Below are positions 12,751-26,800 of a DNA stretch of 64,000 bases, piece after piece. Every line of letters begins with the position of its first letter. Position 1 is the first letter of the stretch. Below the pieces are notes generated by a model. That model was not told the origin of the DNA. It saw only the letters and a program-made list of their open reading frames with translations, and ran no database searches. Origin of the DNA: Lama guanicoe. Taxonomy: Eukaryota. Where the stretch lies: NCBI GenBank assembly GCA_013239625.1, contig MU056050.1, forward strand, positions 3,396,084-3,460,083, read 5' to 3'. Both the position numbers and the translations under genes were made by a program.

Positions 12751-13929
12751 TGCTAACTTCACAAAGCAATATAATTGAATTTTTTTTTTTTATCAAAAAA
12801 GGCTTTGGGCCTGTCATTGCTGGGCTCAGATTTTTACAAAGTTGTTCCCTAGTGGGTATTTCTAAATGGAAGGCCCAGGTTTTCTCTTTTTCTACCTAGT
12901 CAAATGCTTCAAAATTCAAGTTAACTCTCCAGGTAAGTAATTAGGATAAAACTTAATTCTTCAGATGAATTCTAAAGAATTGATTATTTCTCCAGAGGCT
13001 TTTGGGCTGCATTTAAATCACCATTTCACTTTGGACTCTGAATGATCCAATATACAAATCCCCATGAATCAAATTAACTAGATAACTGCCAAAATGTAAT
13101 CCCATTCGGAGACTGAAGTATCTGGTTTTACTGTCTACATTAGTTAAATGAACTCCATTCGTTAAAATTCACTTCCATTTGTGCAGTTTTAAGATACACT
13201 ATGTTGTAAGCTTTTAGCCCTAAAAATGGCTGTAGTCCCCAAATCTGCTCAATTTTCCTTATATTATTCAAAGTTTAATATTCCATTCTTTTTCCCCCTG
13301 CCACTGAATTAAGACCCTACACACTTACCCAACAGGGATAAAAACATCTCACCAAGGCTTTATATTATGATTATAAATAAATTGCCAAAATTTTCTATGT
13401 GACTCATTGTTAATAAATAAAATGTAAGTTTTACTTGGACTGGTTGATGTTATGTAAATTTTAAGGAAATTAAGGTTTTTACCTTAGAAAACCATTTTAT
13501 GGTCTAGTAAAATTTCTTGAGCTTTTGTGGGGCTGTCTATTAAAAATCCATTCCAGGGATTATACACATGAATTAAAGACAAACAATTATTTTGCCTGTG
13601 CTTCTCACCAGGTCTTAGGTGCAATTCCTGTATCATTTATCCTTTATTTTTCAGTAAAGACTTATACATTTTCATTTCAGTTTCTATTCTTTAAACATCT
13701 GGCTGCAGCTATACCTGCAGTTTTCTATGAATGTGGACAATTATGGTAGGAGTTATTGTTCTATTCTTGTGCATTAGCACCTGTTACCATTATAAGGCCT
13801 GCAAGCAAATAGCTCAGAAACAATAGCAACAGATTTAGAAATGAAAGTCATAACGCTTTTGTGCTTATGTAGCACTGTTTTTCCCCTAGTAGGTTTCTTT
13901 ATGGAAACCATTTCATCAATCTTCTAAGT

Positions 13930-14277
13930 CAGGGGTTGGCAAACTTTTTTATTTTCCTGTAAAGAAACAGATAGATAGTAAATTTTTTAGGCTTTGCAGT
14001 TCATATAGAATCTGTCATAACTACACAGCTCTTCTGTCGTAGTGCAAAAGCAGTAAGTATGTAAGTAAGTGAACATGGCTGTTTCAATAAAGCTTTATTC
14101 ATGGGCACAGCAACTGGAATTTCATATATTTTTAACGTATCACAAAATACCCTTCTTTTGATTTTTTGTTCAAACACTCAAAATATAAAAATCATTCTTA
14201 CCTCACAAAGCACACACGCACACATAAAACAGGAAGCAGGGTGCACTTGGCTGAGGGTCATAGTTTGCCAACCCCTG
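13930..14277. mobile_element. MER58B-like hAT-Charlie element with intact TIRs and 8-bp TSD
   Basis: Perfect 16-bp TIRs caggggttggcaaact / agtttgccaacccctg; TSD ttctaagt (13922-13929) vs ctctaagt (14278-14285). Confidence 0.9.
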
Positions 14278-15014
14278 CTCTAAGTTGTCCCGTGACACTC
14301 ATACACGGCAGAAATTATTAGCCCTTTTTATCTCTAATGATGACAAATATAGCACTAAAAAGTTGAGGAAGCTGTACCAAGTTCTAAAGGGATTTATAGT
14401 TATTAATTCAGCAAATTATTTGTTGAGTGTCTATTTGGTTAGAAATGAATGTTGCTAACTCCTTGTGTGTAACATCAAGCTCTCTCTCCAACACAATATT
14501 AATAAAATATTAATATGTGCCTCATCCCTGCAGGTCAAATAATAAGTTTTTCCACAAGAGCCTAGTGACTCTACACTCAGTGGCTGAAAGACCCATATAG
14601 ATTCTCCAAAGAAACTAAAACTGTAGAAAAAAGTAAACCAGAACCTTACAGGTTTCAGTCCTGTTCGTATCGACCTCATGTAGTGTCCCTATGCAAAGGG
14701 GAAACCAAACAACCAGCCGAAGTGATGCTCAGGGTAACGTAAAATAAGGCTGAAAACAACATGAAAACTCTCAGGTCAAAATGTATAAAACACATGATCT
14801 AGTTTTAGGTTAACTCCTCAGAGATTCACGTGGCATTATGATATGAAGGCTAAGTAGCAAAATGATTACAGTAAATAAGAGTTTGATACTTGGTTTTAGA
14901 AACTTCAACATTAACCCAGTATCCTAAAAGGTCTAGTCTCAAATATGATATATAATGAATCTTTTTAAGAGCATTTCTATGACTTCAAAATTACTTAAAT
15001 TTTTTTAAATTTTG

Positions 15015-15865
15015 TTTCTGGAAGACATAGAGATAGCAAATAGGCACATGAAAAGAAGCTCAATATCATCAAATATCAGAGAAATGCAAATCAAAACCAT
15101 AATGAGGTATCACCTCACACCAGTCAGAATGGCCATCATTCAAAAGTTCACAAACGATAAATGCTGGAGAGGGTGTGGAGAAAAAGGAACCCTCCTACAC
15201 TGCTGGTGGGAACATAGTTTGGTACAGCCACTGTGGAAAACAGTACGGAGATTCCTCAAAAAACTAAAAATAGACTTACCATATGATCCAGCAATCCCAC
15301 TCCTGGGAGTATATCCAGAGGGAAATCTAGTTCAAAGTGACACATGCACCCCAATGTTCATAGCAGCACTATTTACTATAGCCAATGTCCATTGACAGAT
15401 GATTGGATAAAGAAGATGTCGCTATAAGTATCATGCTACATGATCATAAAGCAAAGAGGAGTTTTCAACACTGCATAAACAGGGGTGTTTAGTCAATACT
15501 ACTATATACAACAGAATACTACTCAGTCATTAAAAAAGAGTGAGATGATGCCATTTGCAGTAACATGGATGGACCTAGAGATTATCATATTAAGTGAAGC
15601 AAGTCAGACAAAGACAAATATCATATGATATCACTTACATGCAGAATCTAAAAAATGATACAAATGAGCTTATTTACAAAACAGAAAAAGATTCATAGAC
15701 ATAGAAAACAAATGTACGGTTACCAAAGGGGAAAGGGGAGGAGGGATAAATTAGGAGTTTAGGATTAGCAGATATAAACTACTATATGTAGAATAGATAA
15801 ACAACAAGTTTCTTCTGTAGAGCACAGGGAACTATATTCAAAATAAAATATAAAATAAAATAAAT
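15015..15865 (+). mobile_element. 5'-truncated L1 (ORF2 C-terminus + partial 3' UTR) carrying a foreign 69-bp insert
   Basis: ORF 15012-15395 reads '[21 protein letters not shown]...[16 protein letters not shown]...[10 protein letters not shown]', the L1 ORF2 Cys-rich region; A-rich tail near 15840-15865. Confidence 0.95.
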
Positions 15866-17429
15866 TTAGAAATAAAAATTTCTGTTTAGCATTCCTAGCA
15901 TCAAGGGGCCTAATTAATTTAGAAAAAAATCAGTTCCTACTAAAATAGACCATTTTTCCCTCTGAGGTATTTGCTAAAGTACAATTGATTTTATATTTGA
16001 GAAACTTAGGCCTACATTAAATGCATATATTCTCTGTGGATCCCCAAGAGATACAATTTAATTTTATACCACTTTTTCATTTCTCTTTCTTGTGTTCAGT
16101 TATCATCTGTTAAAATGTAGATTTATTATAAATCACATCTGCATAACTGAATGTATAGAAACAATATGCAGGATTAGAAGTCCACAAAGCTTTGGGCCAC
16201 AGCCGTTCTGAAAGCCATGAGGATCAGGCTGTGGAACCCATCATTTGGCTACATTTTAGGCACAGACACGTGACGATATATTTTGAAGACTGACCAGAAT
16301 CCTAAAACCGTTTATCAACTAGGCAGGTTAAGATTCTGGAAAGAAAGAATGCTCCAGAAGTATATCACTGGATGATGACGGATGATAACATGTGTACACT
16401 TTTACTGAGTAGCTTGTGCTTCATGAATAAGGACAAAAGAAAACTAAAAAAATTCAGTGGATGGGTCAGTGGTATAAATAATGCTCCCAGATGATTTAGT
16501 AGAAAGCATGGAGCCACTATTCCTGGTCATGAATGCTGTAGAGGAGATTCTTCAATGCCTCCTTTAAGTCAAAACCCACATTCCTACTATCCAGTAAAAT
16601 ATGCTTAGAATAATGCAGTTAGTTAGCTTTGTTATTCTCATCTAATTACTATCCATATGCTTTCCCTAGTGCAAAAGGGATCTTTACATTTTTAGCTGTT
16701 TTTGCAAGTGGAGTGATTAGCTTTCACTAAATCTCCTGATAAGCCCTGAGAATGTGGAGAGTCCTGCCAATTCCCAATCAATTCTGTTTGGCCTTATGAT
16801 TCACTGTTACTCGAGTGAGCTAGTTATCAACAGGCAGCATGACCTTCAGTTTTATACTGAAAGTTGAAAATTTTTTTAAAGTTATATTGAGAATATTTGA
16901 CACAAAACAAAAAAAGAGGGCAATGTTCCTGTATCGTGCTGCATGACCATAAAGCAAAGAGGGATTTTCAGCATTGCATGAAGACGGGTGTTTAGTCAAG
17001 ATAAAAGATTGAAACTGTGAGTACATATACTGTTGTCTGCAGAGCAGGAAGTAGAAAATGAGGATGTTAGGCGAGTTCTTCATCTATATAGGGGAGTAAA
17101 TGCTTTAACACTATGAAAGATACTGAAAGTCAAAATGACTCATCCCTCTATTCTAAATATATAGAAATGATAATTTATAAAAAGGGAAAAGCAAAAATAT
17201 ATCTATATAGTTGGATTCAAAGAAATGATTAACATGTCCTTGGACTAGAAACAGAAGAGAAACTGCAAAGTAGTGTAAAGCAAATGATGTGCTGGGTTCT
17301 AAGTCCAAAAAAGCGTGTGGTACTACCCTAGACTTCAGTTGCACAGAATTGTCAGCAATAAAAGTGCTCTGAGGCAGGCTAGGTGAATAGCAAAAGTTCC
17401 TGATGGCAGGCCTCCAGAACAAGGTTACA

Positions 17430-19600
17430 GATTTATAAGAAACCGCTGACCTAGGGGGAAAAAAGAACAAGACACAGAATCCAGCACTGAGCTAACTACT
17501 CACTGGCTCAGAGACAGGATTAGTGAGAACCCTTAAACACAATAATGAGCTCTAAGAAGTCAGTGCTAACAGGACAGTCCTCAACCCCCAGATGTATGGA
17601 AACTTTAAAAGCACTGCTAAATATCTAATGTCTAATAAGTTAAAGATGAAATTATAATGGAAAAATTTTGAAAACATGTTTAGAACTTAGAGACAGCAGA
17701 AGTTCATACGTATATCAACATTCATGGGATATACCCAAAGTTATACAATGAAGAAAACGGACATCATTAAATACCTTTATTAACTAAAGAAAGGTGGAAA
17801 AATAAATGAGTTATCTATTTATTTCAAAAAGTTAGAAAAATAACCTCAGACTGAACTTAAAGAAAATAAAGAAAGGGAAAATAAAAGTATTTCCTGAAAT
17901 TACTGCAATAGAAAAAAGAAAACAGAGAAAGGAACAATAAGACTGAAAGCTGGTTTATTAAAAAAAAAACCCATAAAATGAACAATCCTTTGGCAAAACT
18001 GATAAATAAAAAAGGAGAAAAGGCAAATAAAGTAAGACCAAAAAGAGAAAATACAGATACAATCAAAACTACAAAATTTATAAAAGATAACTATAAACAT
18101 GTTTATGCAAATGCATCTGAAAAATTGGATAAAAGGAATATTTCAAAAGAAAATATAAATTACCAAAATACTCAAAGGAAGAAATAAAAAATTAAAAATA
18201 AACAATAACTATATGCCACAAATGGAATGCATAATCAAAAGTCTACCACTTTAAGATTCAATAGGCTCACATCATTTTAAATGCAAAATTTATCAGACTT
18301 TTCAAGGAATAGATAACCTCTGGATATATAAACAGTTACAGAGACTGAAAAAAGAGGGAAAGCTATCCAACTCAGTCATTCTGGAGGCTTGTATAACCAT
18401 GATACAAAAACATGACAAGGGCAATTTAAGAAAGGAGAATTATAGACTAATCTTACCTAAGTAAAAATCTCCTTTAAAAAAGAGAAAAAAAAAATCCAGG
18501 AGTGTGTAAGAAAAGATACTGTATCATGGCCAAGTTGAATTTATCCAAGAAATGAAAAGCTGCTTCAACATTAGAAAAATTAATCAATGTAATTAACCAG
18601 ATTAACAAAAGAAAATAAAAACATGTTACCTGAATAGATGCAGAAACAGCATTTAACAAAATCAGCATCTATTTATATTTAAAATTCTATTTTTATATAA
18701 CAAATTATGAATACAGTGGTAGTCCCTTGACTTCTTCAAGAATATCTATTAAAAACCTGCAGTAAACACAATAACCAATGGTGTAATTTTAGAAGTGTTC
18801 CCATTAAAGTCAGGACAGAGACACCCACTCTCAACACTTCTATTTAACAGTTTAATGGAGGTCCTAGACAATGCAATAAAATAAGTAAAATAAATCAGGT
18901 AGAAAAATGAAAAGGATGAGACAAAACTGTTATTATTTGCAAATGATATTACTGTCTACGTTAAAAAAATCCAAGAGTGAGTACAAACTATTAGAATTAA
19001 CAAGAAAGTTCAGCAAAGTTTGTTGGAAACATAATCAATATATTAAAATCAATAGCAAACCTTATACAAGTAATAACCAATTAGATAATTTAATAGAAAA
19101 AAAAGTAAGATTCTATTTATAGTATTAACAAAAGCTAAAAAGACTCTAAGAGTAAACCTAGCAAAACCTATGCAAAACCTTTACAGAGTAAGCTGCAAAA
19201 ATTATTGAAGGACATAAAAGATTACAATGAATGGATGAAATAAAATATATTCGTGAATTGGAAGACAATATCATAAAGATATGAACTGTACTCAAATTAA
19301 TCCATAAACCTGATGCAATGCCAATCAATCAAAGACACAAGAAACAAACTGAAAACACAAGTCACAAACTTGGAGACAACAAATGTAAAGATCATAACTA
19401 TAAAGATTAGGATTCAAGATTTGTTTCTTTAAAAACTACAACTAAACGAAAAGTAGAAAAATAAACAAATGATACCAACAGTTAATTCTCAGACAAAGGA
19501 ATCTGAATGGACAAGAGACATATGAAAAAGCCCTTTACCTCACAAGCAATCATTAGCATGTAAATTAAATCAGTGAAGAACAATAACATGCATGCTAAAG
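17430..19600 (+). mobile_element. Old, highly degraded L1 (L1M-type) ORF2 fragment
   Basis: Residual ORF2 peptides 'NNPLAKLINKKGEKANK', 'atagatgcagaaacagcatttaacaaa' (IDAEKAF-like) and 'ttatttgcaaatgatat' (LFADD-like); many stops and frameshifts. Confidence 0.85.
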
Positions 19601-20021
19601 CCATTTCCAAGGTGCGTAAGGGTTTCTTCCCCAAGTCCTTACACCTAACAGCAGACATGACTTCTATGTCCACATTCCCAGGTCCAGTGGGGTCAAGAGG
19701 TAGATGTCTGCAGTTGATGTAGATGGAGTTTATACATTGGCTGGAATGTCAACTGTGTTAGAAGTGTCCAGGTGTTCTAAATTTGAACCTGGCCCTCATA
19801 GGCAGGAAGGTATAGTACATTTTATTTAAAAGTGTCAGTTTAATATATAGCTTTAAAAGTTTTAGTCATATGACAAATCAACCTATATATTTATACCCTG
19901 AAGCCCAGCAAATGTTAGGGGTGGGCCTGGCTTGATCTTTTATCCTTTTCTTGCTTCTCCCAAACCTATTTCCAGTCTACTAAAAAAGACTTTTTAAAAA
20001 AGATAAAAATAGCTGTCATGC

Positions 20022-20601
20022 ACCTGCACCCCAATGTTCACAGCAGCACTGTTTACAATAGCCAAGACATGGAGACAGCCTACATGTCCATCAACAGATG
20101 ACTGGATAAAGAAGAGGTGGTATATTTATACAATGGAATACTACTCAGCCATAAAAACCGACAACATAACACCATTTGCAGCAACATGGATGTCCCTGGA
20201 CAATGTCATTATAAGTGAAGTAAGCTAGAAAGAGAAAGAAAAATACCATATGAGATCGCTCATATGTGGAATCTTAAAAAAAAACAAAACATAAATACAA
20301 AACAGAAACAGACTCATAGGCATAGAATACAAACTTGTGGTTGCCAAGGGGGTGTGGGGTGGGAAGGGATAGACTGGGATTTCAACATTATAGAATAGAT
20401 AAACAAGATTATACCGTATAGCACAGGGAAATATATACAAGATCTTGTGGTAGCTCACAGCGAAAAAAAATGTGACAATGAATATATGTATGTTCATGTA
20501 TAAGTGAAAAATTGTGCTCTACACTGGAATTTGACACAACATTGTAAAATGACTATACCTCAATAAAAAAAAGTTTAAAAAAAAATAAAAGAAAAAAGAA
20601 A
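20022..20601 (+). mobile_element. Young 5'-truncated L1 (camelid-type 3' UTR) with poly(A) and perfect 17-bp TSD
   Basis: ORF2 end 'MFTAALFTIAKTWRQPTCPSTDDWIKK'; TSD aaaaatagctgtcatgc at 20005-20021 and 20602-20618. Confidence 0.95.
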
Positions 20602-21149
20602 AAAAATAGCTGTCATGCCTATCTCACAGATTTGCAGTGAGAATTAACTGACTTAATGGTTGTGAATTCCATTGGCATTAAATAAAAGATATCACTCTTG
20701 TTTTCTTTGTATAGTCCTCCATTTTATAGATGCTGGTCATGAAATATTTTGAATTTCTGCTCTGTGGATAAATTGGGGACTGCTAATCCTGTCTTGATGC
20801 ACACAGAGTAATGATGACATTGGCTTCAGGATGGTCTTCAGGCTGGTCAACGCTGACCTTAGAGGCAGTTCTTTCACCCTTCTTCTGGAGAGTTCTCTGG
20901 CCCCAGTCTGTTGAAGTCTCACTTTTATCCTGATCTATGTCTTATTTGATTTTCCTTAAATTTATTCATAAGGCAGATGTTAAGAATAGTTCTTATTTAT
21001 CCTTAGGCTAAATCTCAACAACAGGTATTAATCACGCTTGGAACCAGTCTATACTACATCATTCCAACATCCAAAAGAAGATCCCCATCTCTTCTCATGT
21101 CTTGCCACACTTTAAAGTCCAAGTACCTTAGCAGGTAGTAGGCATACTT

Positions 21150-21290
21150 TTGGCCATTTTACAGATGGGGAACCTAGACTCGGAGTGGTATAGCAACTTG
21201 CCTGAGGTTACAAGGCAAAGCTCATGTTTGTTAAACCTGGGACTAGAATTTAGATTGGTCTGATTACAAAGTCTATGTTCTTCTCCTATA
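21150..21290 (-). mobile_element. MIR SINE
   Basis: 'ccattttacagatggggaacctagactcggag...aacttgcctgaggttaca'. Confidence 0.75.
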
Positions 21291-23764
21291 TTTAAGATAA
21301 TTTAGTTAATCTCGAAGGTAAATATTACATTGTTCTGCTCTTTTATTTTTTGAAACTCATGCAACCAGCGCCATGAGGAAGCTAAGGAGTCCTCCCATAG
21401 GGAATTAAGGCCCAAGTTCACCACAGGCCTCCTAGAAAGCCAAGAGAAACAAGTAGTGCTGCATACCCCTACGGCCTGCCCATGGCCCAGGTAAAAAGGG
21501 ACCTTGCAGTGGACACATTGTCTAACTCAGTTCCCAGGGTAGGCACTGATGAGAATTTAGGACCAAGGTTACTAAGCTGGGGGACACTAGCCATGATACA
21601 TATTTGGAAAAACTGGAGATCATAATCCTGGCCCATTTACTGGCACAACTAAAAGAAAGCAATCTGCCTGAGGATTCGATCTATGTCATTTGTATTTTCT
21701 AAGTGATTGAAGTTGACAAGTGACTATCTACAGTGTATCTGCTACTTTTTAGCTAATACGGATTTCAAGACATTTCAAATATATTTATGTAGCGTATTGT
21801 TTGGTTAATCAGGTTAATGCCTGAAAAGAGTTCACATGTGATAGGAAGACTTTTTCTCCTCTTCAAATCACAGAATTGCAATTGGCTAAACATTATCAAA
21901 ATTAAATCCTGAAAGATTCAAAGAAGGTTGACATTTAGGAGCCCATGAAGTTCACTCTTAACTACATTGTTGTCTTTCCTCCATAAATGTATTTACACTA
22001 ACTGTTCTTTTATTGGCCTACCAAAAGACCTCAGTTCAAAAAGAGGTCAAAGGAAATATAATTATCAAGGTAAAAACCCAGTGCTCTATTTTCTTTAGTT
22101 TGGAGCCACCAGAATGGCTTCCTACATCATTTAGGATTTTGTATTCTATACTTTCTTAACAACTTGCTCATGAAAAATGTTCAATCTTTTCTTTTCCCCA
22201 GAATTCTCTTTCAAACTATATATGACAGATGCCAAAAGTTCATTTATCTCTATCCAAACAGTATAACAATTGTTCTGCTTAATGTTATATGTTAATGCAT
22301 ATAATATATAGAGAGTAAAATCTTAGTGGTGTAAGAAAATTGTAAATTTTTTAAATGGTCTAAATTTTAAAACATTTATTTAATGCAATAGTTTCATTAA
22401 TTTAATTTGCAAACAATGATTCTGGCTAATTGCTAAGTGGTGGTCCCTTAGGGACATTTAGTAGATGAAAATAATTTGAAACTAGTATATTGATTGTTTG
22501 TATAGAAATGGGTACTTGAGTAAAAATACATTTTGGAAATGTATTCTTTCAAAAGTTTAAATAACCAGCCTAGGAATCTTGTATTACTATATTAATTTGA
22601 ATAATTTTATGAATTAATAGAAATTAAATAGTTGTTAGCATATTATATTGCTATATTAACTATATTGCCCCTTTCCTGGTTATCTTCAGCAAGTAACAAT
22701 TGATCTGAGAAGTAAGGACATATATCATTCCCCCTTCTAATCTCCTTCCAACTGAAATTTTAAAGCACTGACAATTGAATAAATGAATCTGTTAAGAAAA
22801 CATGAGTTAATACAAGCTAATTCACCAATTTCTTTTCAGAAACTAGAAGGATTTGCTCCTCTGTGAACTTCATCCATTCATATTTAAGAATCTTCAGATT
22901 TAGAGGTAAATGTTTCCCTTATTGTCCCATTTCTCCTAGGAGTACAACAGATTGATCACTGTGTTGATTCTTATTTCCATCTTCCAGTACTTTAATTTTA
23001 AGACTTCTAAATTGTGAAATAAGGGCTAGAAGATAAGACTAAGTAGATTTTTTTTCAATTATAAAAGTAATAGAATATATTCCATTGATACTAGAAGGAT
23101 AAGGAGAAGTGAAAGAAAACATTAACGAGTTTTGGTATCAAAATAATCTTCTATTACCTAAAAGAGATGAAGAAAGAATAAAAGAAAAATGTGGATGGGA
23201 AAACAAAAACAAAAACAAGAAGGAATGATATATTTTCAATTGCCAGTCTCCAGTATGTGCCTTCTTAAATCCAATTTAAACCCAAATAACCAAACTAACC
23301 TTCATAAAGTAAGACTTCCATCTTGTTACAAGAGCCTTTGGGAGCAAACTATTGATTACAGGCTCAAGTCCAGACTCTGCATCTGTCAACAGCCTGGTCC
23401 ACACCTACAGAGCCAAACATTCCTTATACCATCTCCCAAAACAGTCTTTCAACCTAGTCATCGTAGCTGCTTACAAAAAAATATTTTTATTTAATTTTGC
23501 TACTCTTAATTACAGAAGCTGCTACTCTCCCATTCAGTTTTGAAGGCCTATCTAACCTTTAAGGCACAACCCAAGATAATATGTCATATAGCCCAACATA
23601 ACATGGTTTTGCTTCCCAGGGCTCTAAAATACTAGCTTTCTGTTCCAAAGATTCTTACATGTGAGTTTATGCTTTGCTGAATTATTCTTCAACTGTTATG
23701 TTTTATTAATTAACCCCTTCAGAAAATATTAAGAGAGCTCTTATCATGTGCAAGGTAACATCTA

Positions 23765-23975
23765 TGAACTCTCAGTTGGGGGGATAGTTGCCTCAAATTG
23801 GACAATGTATGGGGGTAGTTTTCATTGTTACAGTGACTGAGAGATGCTATTGGCCTTAGGGTACAGGGGCCAGGGGTAATAATTATCATGCAATGGTGTG
23901 GGGCAGTCCTATATATGAAGAATTTTTCCCTCCCAGAAGGTGCGTGTTGAATGCCCCTGATGAATGAGACATGGC
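23765..23975. mobile_element. MER20-related hAT-Charlie element (degraded)
   Basis: 'ttttcattgttacagtgactgagagatgctattggcc...aggggccagggg...gggcagtcctat...gaagaatt'. Confidence 0.55.
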
Positions 23976-24794
23976 TCATGACCTCAATGGGCTTATTGGT
24001 TCAAAGGAAAGGCAGCCTGAGTATTATGCATGAAAACGTTATATCTCAACATGCAAACTATTTGGTATCAGGGCTATGTTGGGTATTTTTCATCAGTCTC
24101 TTGTGGTATCTAACACTAGTCAAGATAATGGTAGATACTAGGTAAAACTGACTTAAAACCTATGCTTAAAAAAAAAAAACCCAAATTCAATGTCTATTAT
24201 GTCACTCAAAGGAAGTTTAGTTCTATAGAAAATCGTATCATCCTTACTGCATTTTGCAATCAATGAAGAAGACAAAGAGAGTAGAGCCTGCTAAACTTCC
24301 CAAGGGCCAGCAAAGGGGTTTGAGGAGTGAAAAAAGCAGCCTCGAGCAATATGTACTAGGAGACAGGGAACAACAAAGGGTCAGTAAAGCCCTGCAAGCC
24401 GCAGTTCCTTCTCCTGACCCATGGCTTTCCTATAGAACATTTTACCTTATAGAGACTGGTGCTGACTTATTGCAGATTTGCTTTCTTTTTTCATGTCCTC
24501 TTCCTGACTGTAACAATCATAAACTGCACACATTGCAGAAGGAAAATTTACTCAGCTCATCTACACAATATTCTTCCTTTGTTTATAACCAAACTTTATT
24601 CATCTGTACCTCTTGTTGGGCTACAACACTTATATAAAATGACAAATAGTTTTCATTATACATGTCAACAATGAAAAAACACATATGTGCATATCTAAGA
24701 ATACTACTTTGGATGTATATGGTACTTTTCTTGTGAAGAGAACACTTTTTTTTTTTTGCATTTGTCCTTACACTAGAACTACAAAATAGACATC

Positions 24795-24910
24795 ATCATC
24801 CCATTTTATAGCTGTAGAAATCATGGCCCCCAGAGATAAAGTAACCTGCTAGAAGTCACATAGTCTGTGTCAAGGCCTGGACTAAAAGCCAGAGCTCTCG
24901 ACTCCCTAGA
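24795..24910 (-). mobile_element. MIR SINE
   Basis: 'atcatcccattttatagctgtagaaatcatggcccccagagataaagtaacctgctagaagtcaca'. Confidence 0.7.
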
Positions 24911-26261
24911 CAATATATTACTCAGGAGACTTTATTTATCTGACTTTATTAATTCACAGGTAAGAGACCTCCAGGAAAAGCAACATATCTAAATACCATT
25001 CGAGATGCTAGACTTCTGCAATCTGTCTGGTTTTGCAGGATTTTCTATATTATACTGTTCTTAGTTAACTCTGCACCAGAGGAGGTGGGAGACCAAAAAC
25101 TGTCATTTTCAAAAGTTGGCATCAATCTGCACTGATCAACAAATTCTAACTCAGTAAGTTGAGCTTGCTCTAAAAGAACAAGCTTGGGACTGCTTCATGC
25201 CTGCAACTCCCATGGAAAAAAATAAAATTTTGACCTAAGAGCACTGGTAGGATTACAGTAGATTCATAAGCTAACACAAGTCCAACAGGGCTGTAGACTA
25301 CTTTAATAGAAAATAAAGGTCATATTACATGCAATGGAAAGCTATGGAATTAAAAAGCACAAAAACAGACAGGTCCAATGAAGGCTAAGTTTTTACTATA
25401 ATATCATACTATTAATATTCTTGATGAAGCATTAAAAATTAGATATACAAAGGTTAACTTCAGAGACACCTTCTTGAATTAGCAGAAATTCTAAGTGAGT
25501 TGGTTTGTGAAAAAAATGAAAATGCAGTTGACTTGGAAAACTGGATGTTGGACTTACAGTGTATTTTAGGGTAAAACCCCATAGGCCTCTCAAGCCATCC
25601 TAAGGAACCAATCAGATGTAACATTTATGACTTATCACTTCAAAGAGATTACAGACTCCTTAAGGGCAAGGGGAATTCCTCATAGGTTCATCATTAGGAG
25701 CAATGAGATAATGCATATAAAGGGATTGCCCAATGTCTGACGTATGGTGAGTGACTAATAATTGGAAGCTTCCAATATGTTAATATCTTTATACATTATA
25801 AGGCTAAGAACAGTGTTTAGATATAGCAGGTAATTAGGGCTTATATATACTACTATTTAGCATCTAATTTTCTGATAAATAGAATGCTCTCTAAATTCTT
25901 AACAGTAAAATAAATAACATTTACTAGAACTGGTATACCACATTTGGGAGTATCAAACTGTGAGCATGGATATCAGCATTTAAAAAGTCCTTTTTAAAAA
26001 GCCCTCTGTGGGGACTCTTTTGTGCAGAACATCTCTTAATTTGCAAACTTTTTTCTTCACATTATTAAAGTAAAGGTATATTGATTTGGAGAAAAAAAAG
26101 GCGGGGGGGTCAGTATTGGTCTTCAACACCTATGACCTAAAACAATTTTCTAGATTTCTTTGTAGAGTTGATAATAGCTTCAAGAGTCCGTTAAGACTCA
26201 GATGCTTTTGATACTGTGCTATAACAACCAGTGAAAAGCAAGCTCAGTAAGCTAGTAAATA

Positions 26262-26800
26262 TAGTAGATCCTTGGAATTTATGGGTTTAACATTTGCAGT
26301 TTCGACTATTCATGAAGTGACTCCATGGGTCCATGACCTGTAGTAATTGGTAATGTTGCTGACACATGAATTTGGATCTTTGGTGTTGAGAACCTGGTAT
26401 ACTAAAGTTGGTATTGCTAGTGAGTGAGCTGGCCAACTACCCTGCATCCAAAACTCTATGTCTTTCTATATGTATTAGGATGTATTCAGCAACTCTACTG
26501 AAGTGATAAAAGTTAACTTTATTTCTGTATGAAAAATGGCCCTGAAAAGAAAAACAACTGCTAGTGCTAATACTGGCAGTGAAAAGAAAGTGCTAGTTCT
26601 TAGCCAGAAAATGGCTTTGTAAATGACTTTTAGTCTTGTATTTATAGAATCATTAATGGTCTGAAAAGGGTCTGTTAAATTTTTCAGTTATACTTTACTG
26701 CACTTTATGAGGGAAATTATATGCAAGGGTGACATTTGAGGATGTGGGGAGTCAAGAAGGTCTCAGGGCCTATCCCTTATGAATGGAGAAGGTGTGCTGT
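26262..26800 (+). mobile_element. Tigger-family (TcMar-Tigger, Tigger13a-like) internally deleted transposon
   Basis: Left end 'agtagatccttggaatttatgggtttaacatttgcagtttcgactattc'; transposase-start relic ATG GCC CTG AAA AGA AAA (MAPKRK-like) at 26536. Confidence 0.6.

Noticed and set aside
15012..15395. 127-aa ORF as a host gene
   Set aside because: It is the C-terminal region of L1 ORF2. The ORFs at 20034, 30135, 32039, 32730 and 46371 are likewise L1-derived.
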